Virus record (IMG/VR): IMGVR_UViG_3300028908_000010
Span: 1 to 60,947 of that record
DNA length: 60,947 nt
Direction: 5' to 3' (one strand)
Source: a virus
Lineage: Duplodnaviria; Caudoviricetes
Notes under the pieces: generated by a model
Databases searched by the model: none
Seen by the model: only the letters and a program-made list of their open reading frames with translations
Told to the model about the DNA's origin: nothing
Part shown: in pieces, positions 1 through 9,128 of the stretch
Layout: each line of letters starts with the position of its first letter
Position numbering within the stretch: the first letter of the stretch is position 1
Translations under genes and position numbers: made by a program

Positions 1-135
1 GTTCCTCTTCTCAAATTCAGTTTTTCACAAACTTTCTGAAGGGGAAGCAAATCTCTGTAATAAAAATCTATAATTTTGTTCCTGATTTCTGCTGTTCTCA
101 ATTTCTTCATTTTTGTTCTCATAAAAACCTCCTGT
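1..135. repeat. Terminal direct repeat, left copy (circular assembly overlap)
   Basis: 1-135 equals 60813-60947 except position 9 (T vs G). Confidence 0.95.
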
Positions 136-139
136 CATA

Positions 140-168
140 AATATAGTCATTTGAAATACAAATGTCAA
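140..168 (-). promoter_or_regulatory. sigma70-type promoter for the HTH/Zn-ribbon gene (across the circular junction)
   Basis: Minus strand TTGACA-17-TATATT, then AGGAGG and the ATG at 122 (=60934). Confidence 0.75.
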
Positions 169-169
169 G

Positions 170-815
170 ATAAAAATTGCAAAAAATTTTCGGGACGGGG
201 GCGAAACCATAACTATTATAGACTATAGGGAAGGTCTCCCTACTAATACACTAATAGTGTAATAGACTATTAGTCTTTTTATTTTTTTATTTTTTTTTAT
301 TCTTTCTCTTTACTCTTTCTCTTATTTCTTTCTTCTTTATTCTTTTTTCTTTTTCTTTTCTTTGGTTCTTTCTTTTCTTTTTCTTTTTTCTTTTTCTTCT
401 TTCTTTCTTCTCTTTCTCTTTCTCTTTCTTGTTTACTTTAAATATTTGCCTTAATATATTGATTTTATTATTAAATTTAGAAATATTTAAAATCATAGAA
501 ATTTAAAGTATTACTTTAAATATTTGTTTTAAATAATTGAATTTATTTACAAAATCAGGATAGTGCAATTTTGTCAATTTTCAAGGTATTAAAGTGTTAT
601 TTTAAATATCTGGACTAACTATTTGATTTTGTTAGAGATTTATTATATATAGACCTGCTTTTCTACTTTAACTATTTTATGTAAGTATCTGAAAACACTT
701 GAAAATTTTATGAGAAGAATATTTTTGAGAAATTAGAAGTTACTTTAAATGTTTATAATAATTATCTGATTTTATTATATAATTTGGATAGAAACAGTTT
801 GACATAAGTTTTTAC
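170..815. other. AT-rich non-coding control region (candidate origin or packaging region)
   Basis: Short inverted repeats 226-272, pyrimidine-rich tract ~274-430, degenerate TTACTTTAAATATTT repeats, flanked by divergent promoters. Confidence 0.55.
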
Positions 816-844
816 TTGACAAAAATATTACAAATGATTATATT
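816..844 (+). promoter_or_regulatory. sigma70-type promoter
   Basis: TTGACA-17-TATATT upstream of ORF 866. Confidence 0.75.
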
Positions 845-865
845 TCTTCTCGAAGGGGATGCAAA

Positions 866-1375
866 ATGAATATTAGAAATTGGATATGTAAAACTTTTTG
901 TTCTCATTTGGTTGAAGAGATAGATGCTTTGCAATTTGCCCTTGCAAAAAAGATTGCAAGGAATGTTGTAAAACCACCAGAAAAATGGGGAAGATTGTTA
1001 AGAGATGATTGCTATTTAATTTTCAGAAAGCAACTTGATGTTTCTGGAGCAAGACTAATACTGGGTGGAAAGTATTACTTTCCAATTGATAATGAGGATA
1101 TGAACAGATTTCTAAAAGCCAACCCAACTGATTTGATTCCCTATACTAAAACATATATTTGCCGAAATTTTAGTTTGAAGTTACTTGGAGATTTGCAAAT
1201 CCCAGGTTGGGATGAATTTGCTGTATTTGTTGTGTGGGCTGATGGACATGCTTTTAATTGTTTTATAGACCACAATAATACTGTATGGTATATCGAACCT
1301 CAAACAGATGAAATTTTTTTACCAAGTAGTATCAGGGAAAAGAAATATCAACATATTGGTTTAATATTTAATTAA
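866..1375 (+). CDS. Papain/transglutaminase-like cysteine protease (Agglutinin_C-like)
   Basis: YICRNF...GHAFNC...WYIEPQTD gives a Cys-His-Glu triad pattern. Confidence 0.6.
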   Translation: MNIRNWICKTFCSHLVEEIDALQFALAKKIARNVVKPPEKWGRLLRDDCYLIFRKQLDVSGARLILGGKYYFPIDNEDMNRFLKANPTDLIPYTKTYICRNFSLKLLGDLQIPGWDEFAVFVVWADGHAFNCFIDHNNTVWYIEPQTDEIFLPSSIREKKYQHIGLIFN

Positions 1376-1389
1376 TTAAGGAGGTAATT

Positions 1390-1611
1390 ATGGATATAAA
1401 AGAAATTATAGAAAAGTTAAAAAAAGTTGCAAGACAATTAGATAATGAAGAGTTAATAACTGACATAAGAAATACTATTGATGAATTGACTGCTATTGAT
1501 TCTGCTATTGAAGAAATGGCTGGATTAATAGATGTATTAAAAGAAATAAGTAATGGATTATATGAGATATTTTATGATACAGAGGAGGTAGAAGAAGATG
1601 AAATTCAATGA
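1390..1611 (+). CDS. Acidic helical hypothetical protein
   Basis: AAGGAGGT SD, 73 aa. Confidence 0.7.
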   Translation: MDIKEIIEKLKKVARQLDNEELITDIRNTIDELTAIDSAIEEMAGLIDVLKEISNGLYEIFYDTEEVEEDEIQ

Positions 1612-1958
1612 AGTTCTGGAAAAGATGAAAGCTTTGCATAAAAAGAAAGATAGAGACTATTCAGGTGATAAGGAATTTGGAAACTTCTATGAAAGTGAGA
1701 AAATTGGTGTCCCAGCTTGGAAGGGTGCATTTATTAGATTGCAGGATAAATATTCAAGAGCCTGTAATTTGATTAGAGGACAATCTCCTATGGTAAAAAA
1801 ATGAAAGTCTTGATGATACTTTATTAGATTTTGCTATATATTCAGTAATTGTATATGCTTTGTATCATAAAGAGGAGGAAACATATCCTTATAGTGGGAT
1901 AGAAGCAAAAACTTATGAGGAGAATGTCTATGTCAAGGAAAAAGAAGAATTGGATTAG
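1598..1958 (+). pseudogene. DUF1599/Nmad1-like (nucleotide-modification-associated) gene split by a frameshift in an A7 run
   Basis: KDRDYS...IRLQDKYSR in frame to 1804; family C-terminal motif NESLDDTLLDFAIYS continues in another frame from 1800 to TAG 1958. Confidence 0.7.
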
Positions 1959-2148
1959 TGGAGCTATCAAGAGAAAGGGAGCATTAAGAGAAAAAGCTAA
2001 AAGGGCTGGTGCTATAAGTAAGGATGGAACTATAAAAAAATCATGGATAAGGGAGCAAGCTAAAAAAGGAAGCAGTTTGGTTGCTCGAGAAGCCCGACTT
2101 GCTTTGACATTAGGTAAACTTAAAAAGAAAAAGAAGAAGAAAAAATGA
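1930..2148 (+). CDS. Small basic phage protein (KNWISGAIKRKGALR type)
   Basis: Lys/Arg-rich, GAGGAG SD upstream of 1930. Confidence 0.7.
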   Translation: MSRKKKNWISGAIKRKGALREKAKRAGAISKDGTIKKSWIREQAKKGSSLVAREARLALTLGKLKKKKKKKK

Positions 2149-2159
2149 AAACGTTTTCA
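2146..2159. promoter_or_regulatory. Dispersed palindrome TGAAAACGTTTTCA
   Basis: Exact copy; its TGA is the stop of the upstream ORF and it lies just before the thyA SD. Confidence 0.85.
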
Positions 2160-2175
2160 CTTGAAAGGAGGATAT

Positions 2176-2832
2176 ATGAAAATAACATTTATAGAAGCAA
2201 GAGACCTGCCTGATTCATGGTTTCAATGTCTTGGCAAAGTAATAAATGAAGGTCGGGAATATACTATCCAGAAAGGAAGTTATGAAGGACAAAAAAGAAA
2301 AGAACTCGACTTTGTAGTTATTAATATAAAATACCCTGGCACAAGACCTTTACTCCCAGAGATACCCCCAACTCTCGGTATTCCACAACCAGTAACTGAA
2401 GAGTATTTAAATAATTATCTTCCTTATTTGTTTGAAGACACAAAATCAGAATTTGAAGAATATACTTATGGAACATTTTTGAAGCCTCAAATTCAAGAAG
2501 TAATAAAAATGTATAAAAATGCCAAAGAGACCAATCAAGCATACATGACAGTCGGGAATCCAGAGACCATATATATGGAAGACCCTCCATGTTTAAGAGG
2601 AATAGATACCAGAATAAGATATGGAAAACTACACTTTTTTGTCTATTTTAGGTCATGGGACTTATGGAATGGCTATCCAGCCAATCTGGGTGCTCTTCAG
2701 ATTCTAAAAGAATACATGGCAAGTGAAATAGGTGTAGAAGATGGAGAGATGGTTTCTATGAGCAAGGGTCTCCATCTATACGATTATACTTGGAATCTTG
2801 CAAAGAGGAGGTTGGGTAAAGGTTATGCGTAA
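2176..2832 (+). CDS. thyA: Thymidylate synthase-like protein (short ThyA type)
   Basis: YTYG, DPPCL, FRSWD, PAN, HLY motifs; AGGAGG SD before ATG 2176. Confidence 0.85.
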   Translation: MKITFIEARDLPDSWFQCLGKVINEGREYTIQKGSYEGQKRKELDFVVINIKYPGTRPLLPEIPPTLGIPQPVTEEYLNNYLPYLFEDTKSEFEEYTYGTFLKPQIQEVIKMYKNAKETNQAYMTVGNPETIYMEDPPCLRGIDTRIRYGKLHFFVYFRSWDLWNGYPANLGALQILKEYMASEIGVEDGEMVSMSKGLHLYDYTWNLAKRRLGKGYA

Positions 2833-3013
2833 TTATCTAAATCTTTTTCAAGGGTATGGTCTTTTTAGTCCTTATGGATATGTTATAAGAGAACAGGCAG
2901 AGATTAAAGAATCAGTTTTCAATGAAGTTCTGGAACGATTATATAATAAAATGGAAGAGTCTCTAAAGGAGGAAGAGAAAGTAAAAACTATGAGGAGAAA
3001 AGTATGGTGGTGA
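2825..3013 (+). CDS. Hypothetical protein ending RRKVWW
   Basis: Overlaps the thyA stop and the methylase start. Confidence 0.6.
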   Translation: MRNYLNLFQGYGLFSPYGYVIREQAEIKESVFNEVLERLYNKMEESLKEEEKVKTMRRKVWW

Positions 3014-3903
3014 AAAGGAATAAGAAAAGAGATATAATAGATAGTTATAGCTGGAAAGATATATTTCCAAAAGAAAATAGGTATTTTGAGACTAATAATG
3101 GAATTCTATATTGTGGAGATTGTTTAGAAGTAATGAAAGAATTTCCAAAAGAAATCATAGATATGATAGTTACATCACCTCCTTATGATAATCTTAGGTT
3201 TTATGGGCATAAAAACATTAAGCAATTTAAATGTGTTTGGAATATGGAAAAGTTTAAGTTGGTTGCCAAAGAACTTCGCAGAATAACCAAAGTAGGTGGT
3301 GTTATTGTTTGGGTTGTAGGCAATGCTACTATAAATGGAAGTGAAACAGGAAATTCTTTTAGGCAAGCATTATATTTTAAAGATGAATGTTCATTTAATT
3401 TACATGATACTATGATTTATGAAAAAACAGGTTTTAATTTTCCTTCTATAAACAGGTATCATCAAGTTTTTGATTATATGTTTGTTTTTTCCAAAGGAAA
3501 ACCAAAAACTTTTAACCCTATAAAAGATAGAAAAAACAAATGGACTGGAGGTTCATGGGGTAACACCACAACAAGAAGAAAAGATGGTAGTCTGCAAAAT
3601 AGAGGTAAGACTATTGTTAAGGAATATGGTATGCGTTTTAACGTTTGGAAAATAAAAAATGGAAAGGGTTTTGCACACTCAGACAATTTTGCATATGAGC
3701 ACCCAGCAACTTTTCCTGAACAATTAGCCCATGATCATATAATAAGTTGGTCAAATGTAGGAGATATTGTTTTAGACCCTCTTTGTGGCAGTGGAACTAC
3801 TTTGAAGATGGCAGATAAATTAAACAGAAAATGGATTGGAATAGAAATAAACGAAAAATATTGTGAAATATCTAAACAAAGGTTAGGGGAAAATGGGAGG
3901 TAA
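3004..3903 (+). CDS. Site-specific N4/N6 DNA methyltransferase (beta class)
   Basis: GDCLE, VTSPPY, HPATFP, VLDPLCGSGTT, IGIEI motifs. Confidence 0.92.
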   Translation: MVVKRNKKRDIIDSYSWKDIFPKENRYFETNNGILYCGDCLEVMKEFPKEIIDMIVTSPPYDNLRFYGHKNIKQFKCVWNMEKFKLVAKELRRITKVGGVIVWVVGNATINGSETGNSFRQALYFKDECSFNLHDTMIYEKTGFNFPSINRYHQVFDYMFVFSKGKPKTFNPIKDRKNKWTGGSWGNTTTRRKDGSLQNRGKTIVKEYGMRFNVWKIKNGKGFAHSDNFAYEHPATFPEQLAHDHIISWSNVGDIVLDPLCGSGTTLKMADKLNRKWIGIEINEKYCEISKQRLGENGR

Positions 3904-4085
3904 TTATGGAAAATACAAAGACAAATGAAGGTAAGCAAAAAGAGAACTCTGATTATGATAAAAAAAGTTATGATGATTTAATAAAAGAAGCTCTTTCGCT
4001 TATACGAGTATTATTTTATTTGGATTGAAATGGACATAGACATACTCAGGCAAGAAGTAAAAAAATAAAACATGGAGGGAGGAGT

Positions 4086-4439
4086 ATGATACTAAATCTC
4101 AATACTCTTGATTCACTAAAGATTGCTGGGTTCAGATATAAGGTTATCATTCCTTATAAATTTAAAGAAGTAGACCATCTGATGGGACAGTCGGTCATTA
4201 CCAATTCCGAAATAAGAGTTGCAGACACTGTTGATGGCGATCCAATAAGCCCTGAAAATATGCTCGAAAGTTTAATCCACGAAATTCTACACTGCATAGG
4301 AAAGGCATACAGCATTCGACCAATATTTGAAAAAGTTGATGATTCAGATACAAGGGCGGTTGTGGTTCTTGCTCGTGCTTTGGCATCCTTCTTACTGGAA
4401 AACAATTTAATAGAGGTAAAATATGTAAGAAGGAGATAA
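4086..4439 (+). CDS. Small zincin-like metallopeptidase
   Basis: SLIHEILH (HEXXH); strong SD. Confidence 0.7.
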   Translation: MILNLNTLDSLKIAGFRYKVIIPYKFKEVDHLMGQSVITNSEIRVADTVDGDPISPENMLESLIHEILHCIGKAYSIRPIFEKVDDSDTRAVVVLARALASFLLENNLIEVKYVRRR

Positions 4440-4441
4440 CA

Positions 4442-4777
4442 ATGGACAAGAGAAAAATTGGCAAAATCTATCTTAGTAGAGAGTTAATTAACTGGAAGAA
4501 GGATTGGAAAGAAGCACAAAAAATTCTGAGTTTAATAGGATTCTTCCCAGTCAGAGTTGAATATCTTGCATGGAACGACACTCTGGAAATGATAGGATAT
4601 AGCGATAAATTTGATGAAGTTGAACCAGGATATCAACCACCGACCTATGTTTTAACAGTTATCAGGGTAGGCAAGGATATAAAAACTGTCAAAGTATTAA
4701 GACTCAATAAATCTTTGGAGGGGAATTATGTTGAAAGGGTATGCGATGTGTGTGGTGGTAACAAAAAGACTACATAG
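4442..4777 (+). CDS. Hypothetical phage protein
   Basis: SD, tightly packed. Confidence 0.7.
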   Translation: MDKRKIGKIYLSRELINWKKDWKEAQKILSLIGFFPVRVEYLAWNDTLEMIGYSDKFDEVEPGYQPPTYVLTVIRVGKDIKTVKVLRLNKSLEGNYVERVCDVCGGNKKTT

Positions 4778-4789
4778 GGAGTTCTTATT

Positions 4790-5260
4790 GTGGATCTGGA
4801 AAGACTGAGAAAAGAAGTAAGAAAAAGACTTGATGCTAAAAAGAAGGAGCAGGAAAGGCTTATAGAGCCAGACCCACTGCCACTTTATGACGAAGTATTC
4901 TGGAAAGGGTTACACGAAATAGATAATGACTTTGATGACTTGAACTTATATAGAATGCCATTTGTAAAATATATATGGAGGGAAAAAGTGATGGATAATA
5001 AATTTAAAAAATACAGAAAGAAGCCAGTTATTATTGAGGCAATACAGTGGGACGGTGAAAAAGAAACTTTTAAGATTATTCAGGATACTATTCCCAGACA
5101 AGTTAAGATGGACAAAGACGGCAATTTAATTATTTCAACTTTGGAAGGAGATCATAAAGCCCTACCTAGAGACTATATAATTATTGGGGTAAAAGGAGAG
5201 GCTTACCCTTGTAAACCCGATATATTTAGAGAAACATATGAAGAAGTTGAAGGGTTATAA
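4790..5260 (+). CDS. PGDYG-like phage protein (conserved part likely starts at 4991)
   Basis: RKKPVIIEAIQW...STLEGD...DYIIIGVKGEAYPCKPDIFRETYE; internal GGAGG SD before 4991. Confidence 0.75.
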   Translation: MDLERLRKEVRKRLDAKKKEQERLIEPDPLPLYDEVFWKGLHEIDNDFDDLNLYRMPFVKYIWREKVMDNKFKKYRKKPVIIEAIQWDGEKETFKIIQDTIPRQVKMDKDGNLIISTLEGDHKALPRDYIIIGVKGEAYPCKPDIFRETYEEVEGL

Positions 5261-5381
5261 AGTGTTGATTTTATACTTATATTAAGTGAGTTAAATCCTT
5301 ACTGGGAGTAATAGGTATTATGAAACGTCTTATAACATGGCTCAGGTTGCTTATATGTAAGTTGTTAGGGGTGAATAGCTT

Positions 5382-5633
5382 ATGATAGTGGCTAAAAAAT
5401 TTCTCGGATTTGCAACATGCTGGACAAGGCCCTGGTGGAAAATATGGATAAGAATTTATGCTATTTACATGGAGAAAGAAGATGGACGCAGGGATATGTG
5501 GGACGTTTGCGACGACTGCAAATGTCATTGTGATAACTATAAAATCTGGTTCGATTGGGAAGCAATAAGAAGATTTTTTGGTAAACCACTACCAACTTAC
5601 AAAGAATGGATACATCATGAAAAGGAGGTGTAA
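5382..5633 (+). CDS. Hypothetical Cys/Trp-rich protein
   Basis: ORF in operon, CDDCKCHC. Confidence 0.6.
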   Translation: MIVAKKFLGFATCWTRPWWKIWIRIYAIYMEKEDGRRDMWDVCDDCKCHCDNYKIWFDWEAIRRFFGKPLPTYKEWIHHEKEV

Positions 5634-5635
5634 AA

Positions 5636-6028
5636 ATGATAAAAGAATATGGAAAGATAATATGCCCTGTATGTTATACTCATATTGATATAACTGTTAC
5701 CGTTGAGAAAAAAGAAGATGAAGTAGATCATAAACTTATGAGAGCATGGAATAAATACTTAGTCTGGATGCTTTGTGGTAACCCAAAATATAGAGACAAA
5801 CAATACTGGTATGATGACTACCATGAATTTGTTATGTTTAAACCAGGGAAATACCCTGGTCATGGCATTGTTTATTTTGCTATTCAAGTTCATGATTCTC
5901 CAGAGGGAGACACATGGCTTCATGCTAAAGTTCCTCTTGAAGGTGGCTCTTTAATACTCGCTAAAAAAGTAATAAAATACAGAGATACATGGCACATAAA
6001 TTGGGGGTCTGGTCATGATAGGTCCTAG
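5636..6028 (+). CDS. Hypothetical protein with N-terminal CPVC
   Basis: AGGAGGT SD. Confidence 0.7.
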   Translation: MIKEYGKIICPVCYTHIDITVTVEKKEDEVDHKLMRAWNKYLVWMLCGNPKYRDKQYWYDDYHEFVMFKPGKYPGHGIVYFAIQVHDSPEGDTWLHAKVPLEGGSLILAKKVIKYRDTWHINWGSGHDRS

Positions 6029-6254
6029 ACTCTACATAGCTGATAAAATAGCCAAAAAGTGGGTGAAAATAGTATACCCTTGGTGGCAACCAAATGATAT
6101 TTTCTTGCCTAAGCTTGACAAGACAGCACGTAAGACAAGAGTATTTTGCTCTAACCCAATATGTTGTGGCAATCCAAGACGGTATGGCAAGCTTACAAGG
6201 CAAGAAATAAAGGCTAATTTACTATTTAAAGAAGGACTTAATGAAATAGAGTGA
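6015..6254 (+). CDS. Conserved-type small phage protein (CS..CCGNPRR..G.LT.QE)
   Basis: Motif typical of small phage ORFs of unknown function. Confidence 0.6.
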   Translation: MIGPRLYIADKIAKKWVKIVYPWWQPNDIFLPKLDKTARKTRVFCSNPICCGNPRRYGKLTRQEIKANLLFKEGLNEIE

Positions 6255-6261
6255 AATAAAT

Positions 6262-6531
6262 ATGAAATGGACAAAGAACGATAAAGCAGTTGTATTGTTT
6301 GGAATTAAAAGATGGCTATCTATGTGTAAAAATGATCAGAAGAGACGTTGCCCTTTCTTTAGTAAAGAAGATTGCAAATTAATATGTTTTCATTTATTTC
6401 CCAAAATACGCAACAGTAAAAAATTATTTTGTCATTGCCCATGTGAAATATATGGTGTAGACAAAGTAAAACTAAGGTCTGAAAGAATAAGAAACTCATT
6501 AGAAAATCAGCTCAATGGAGTGATGGTATAA
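6262..6531 (+). CDS. Hypothetical Cys-rich protein
   Basis: Last ORF of the rightward block. Confidence 0.55.
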   Translation: MKWTKNDKAVVLFGIKRWLSMCKNDQKRRCPFFSKEDCKLICFHLFPKIRNSKKLFCHCPCEIYGVDKVKLRSERIRNSLENQLNGVMV

Positions 6532-6651
6532 GAAAAGTATATGTCAAAAATGGGGTTAGGATGTTCTCAGAAATACCCCACTTTTTCTTTGGAACAATGT
6601 TTCAGCATTCAATTTGGAAAAACACGATGTTTTATATCCGTTTCAAATAAA

Positions 6652-6671
6652 AAGTGAAAACGTTTTCACTT
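6652..6671. promoter_or_regulatory. Dispersed palindrome, 20-bp extended form
   Basis: AAGTGAAAACGTTTTCACTT in convergent intergenic region. Confidence 0.85.
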
Positions 6672-6984
6672 GTGTGTGGGCAAGTAAGTCGGGGGAAAAC
6701 TAACATAAAACCTATTTCTTATAAGAAGTTAAATCCAACATTTTTGTCATAAAATTTTTTGTAATTTCTCTAAGAGGTTTATATTTTTAGATGTTATTAA
6801 TGTCAAAAAATATTTCCTGATTTCTATTGTAGGTTTATAAAAAACACCCACCCCTTAAATATAACTTCCCCCTGTGTCCGATAGGGTAGGGTCTTAATAC
6901 TTAACTGGGATTTAAGAGAATTAAGGCGGGCGGGCAAGGATTGAACCTTGCCCAAGTGAGGAAGGAAAAATAGAAAGGATTAAA

Positions 6985-7251
6985 TTAAATAAGGGAAGGT
7001 TTGGAGGAAGCTTTCTTTTGCTTCCTCTTTGGAATAAAGACGTTAACCTGAACAACCATATCCTCAATCTCTAATCTCATGTAGCAAAGCTGGAAGCTCC
7101 TGTCTTTCTCTACTTTCTCAAGTTTTACTTTCCTGTTATTGAAAGTCAGCCCTTGCTTTGAAAAAATTAACTTCCCTTCCTTTAATTCAGATGACTTGTC
7201 AGATGACTTGATAAAACACTTGTTTACATCCTTAAATGTAAGCTCTAACAT
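6985..7251 (-). CDS. Early hypothetical protein
   Basis: AAGGAGG SD before ATG 7251. Confidence 0.7.
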   Translation of the reverse strand: MLELTFKDVNKCFIKSSDKSSELKEGKLIFSKQGLTFNNRKVKLEKVEKDRSFQLCYMRLEIEDMVVQVNVFIPKRKQKKASSKPSLI

Positions 7252-7276
7252 AACAAACCTCCTTGATTTTTTCTGC

Positions 7277-7305
7277 ATCATAACAAAAACAATTTGAAGA
7301 TGCAA
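7277..7305 (-). promoter_or_regulatory. Early promoter
   Basis: TTGCAT-17-TATGAT with extended TG. Confidence 0.7.
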
Positions 7306-7460
7306 ATCAGGTATTACCACCTTTTGCCCTATTCCCTTCCCTCTTATGTGTAGAGTAATAGGGCAAAAAAATAACCCCTACTCCGTCAAGTCTTGCCCTC
7401 CTGTGTGGGGGTCATCCCCACTGTAGGGGGTTTATGTGGAGCAGGGGTTAAAGATCAGGG

Positions 7461-7709
7461 CTAAAAGTTTATTTCCATCCAGCCCTGATCCTCATTTTTC
7501 TTTACAATGATATGCACTCCTCCCTCTTCTACAGAGGGGAAATGTGCACCAACAAATGTAAAACCAACCTCAAAAGGGAAAAATATTTGTCTTATGTGGG
7601 GACAGGGGTTTACCCCCACCTTAAAACAACCTGTAATAAAATCATCGATGTCTCGTTTTTTAATCCCTCTTTCGGCCATAATACGGCCAATAGCTTTCCT
7701 GTGATTCAT
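7461..7709 (-). CDS. Early hypothetical protein
   Basis: AAGGAGG SD before ATG 7709. Confidence 0.7.
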   Translation of the reverse strand: MNHRKAIGRIMAERGIKKRDIDDFITGCFKVGVNPCPHIRQIFFPFEVGFTFVGAHFPSVEEGGVHIIVKKNEDQGWMEINF

Positions 7710-7734
7710 AGTAGCCCTCCTTAATTTTTTTGCA

Positions 7735-7764
7735 ATCATAACAAACTTTGTTGCCTCAAATCAA
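7735..7764 (-). promoter_or_regulatory. Early promoter
   Basis: TTGATT-18-TATGAT with extended TG. Confidence 0.6.
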
Positions 7765-8081
7765 ATCCCCCAATAAGGAGTCCCATCGGCATAGTAGCCA
7801 ATGGGTTTCTGCCTTACACATTTGTGGAAAGCTCCCTTGTAGAGAGCCTTCCCACAATAACAGCACTGATAGAATTCATAGGTGCTATCCCAATCCCCTT
7901 CCCCGAAGTTATGGCTTTCGGGGATAATGACAATGGCTATATACTCCCTGCCATCGTCATCTTTTTTGACATCATCCCACTTTATGGAGTAGTGGGATGC
8001 ACAACCACCCATACTATTAATGGGTGGTTTAAAAGATCCCTCAAACTGAGGGATCTTGTCTTTAAGGTAGTAAATTTTCAT
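7761..8081 (-). CDS. Early hypothetical protein with CCYCG motif
   Basis: AGGAGG SD before ATG 8081. Confidence 0.7.
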   Translation of the reverse strand: MKIYYLKDKIPQFEGSFKPPINSMGGCASHYSIKWDDVKKDDDGREYIAIVIIPESHNFGEGDWDSTYEFYQCCYCGKALYKGAFHKCVRQKPIGYYADGTPYWGI

Positions 8082-8105
8082 AGCTCCCTCCTTTGTTTTT
8101 CTGCA

Positions 8106-8135
8106 ATCATAACAGAATTGAAAATCAAAAATCAA
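8106..8135 (-). promoter_or_regulatory. Early promoter
   Basis: TTGATT-18-TATGAT with extended TG. Confidence 0.6.
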
Positions 8136-8150
8136 ATTCGCTGTTACCAG

Positions 8151-8164
8151 TGAAAACGTTTTCA
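8151..8164. promoter_or_regulatory. Dispersed palindrome TGAAAACGTTTTCA
   Basis: Exact copy about 15 bp upstream of an early -35 box. Confidence 0.85.
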
Positions 8165-8194
8165 CATAAATGACAGTAATAGTTTACATGTGCC

Positions 8195-9046
8195 CTACCA
8201 TCTTTTAGGGAAAGGAAGGTAACTATCCTTACTAACCAGAATAAACCATTTATCCTTTAGAGACTGAGCAAGAATTACTTTCCTTATTCTTCCTCTCAGC
8301 TTTGTGTGGAAAAGCAGGTAGAGGTTTTTCTTATATTTTTTTGAGTTGAGGTAATCACCTGCCTCCCAACGCATTTCCTGTGTCCTTTTAACATGGTAGA
8401 AAGAACAGCCTATTTTGTGGACAGGCCATTCCTCCCATCCCCGAACACTTACTCCTACTATTTTGTTGTTTTCGTGGAATAATTTGCCCCACGAAAACAC
8501 GTCTTTCTTTATGACTCTTGCCTTTTCCTTCATCTCTGAAGGAAAATCTAAAGTTTTTAACATAGTTTCAACAAAATTGAGATCATCTGCAATGACCTTC
8601 AACTTTGTTGAAACTACCATGTTCTTTACATAAATGCACCATAGCCATTCTTCCTCCCATAAGAAATGAAAAGAGGATTCCAGTTCCCTCCATTGCTCCT
8701 CAGAGGGATACCTTACTGATCTTCCTAATACTTCCACTGGAAAGGTGCAAGTGGATGGGAAATCTAATGTCCATCCCTTGCCATAGTTATGCAAATCAGC
8801 ATGGAGCACACTGCTCCAAAATATGTGATCAATTGGGGATCTTAATCCAAATGTCCCCACTGAAGTGGTCTTAAATGTCTCCAGTCTAAAATAGGATGTA
8901 GCATTAACAGCTAACGGTAACTGTATTTTATTCTTGAAGTGTGTCCTAACAGACGCATAGATGTTTTTGTTTTCGTCATGTTTGAGAGTTATAACTCTCT
9001 CTAAACCTTCTATACTATATAAACTTCCATCTTTTTTTATAATCAT
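8195..9046 (-). CDS. Early hypothetical protein, 283 aa
   Basis: Long ORF with AAGGAGG SD. Confidence 0.8.
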   Translation of the reverse strand: MIIKKDGSLYSIEGLERVITLKHDENKNIYASVRTHFKNKIQLPLAVNATSYFRLETFKTTSVGTFGLRSPIDHIFWSSVLHADLHNYGKGWTLDFPSTCTFPVEVLGRSVRYPSEEQWRELESSFHFLWEEEWLWCIYVKNMVVSTKLKVIADDLNFVETMLKTLDFPSEMKEKARVIKKDVFSWGKLFHENNKIVGVSVRGWEEWPVHKIGCSFYHVKRTQEMRWEAGDYLNSKKYKKNLYLLFHTKLRGRIRKVILAQSLKDKWFILVSKDSYLPFPKRW

Positions 9047-9128
9047 AGCTCCCTCCTTAAAAATTTTTTTGAAAGTAATATATCAATTTTGCTGTATAGC
9101 CCCACCCCATAGGGCAGGGCTTATGTGC

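Noticed and set aside
25-210. 61-aa minus-strand ORF
   Set aside because: Out of frame with the real gene starting at 122/60934 and overlaps its promoter
287-496. Lys/Arg/Glu-rich 69-aa ORF
   Set aside because: Translation of the pyrimidine tract, no SD; treated as non-coding low complexity
6778-6806. Minus-strand TTGACA-17-TATAAA promoter-like site
   Set aside because: No convincing downstream gene; such matches arise easily in AT-rich DNA
6925-6952. tRNA T-arm-like hairpin (GGTTCAATCC on the minus strand)
   Set aside because: No D-arm, anticodon arm or acceptor pairing, and no integrase to make it an attP
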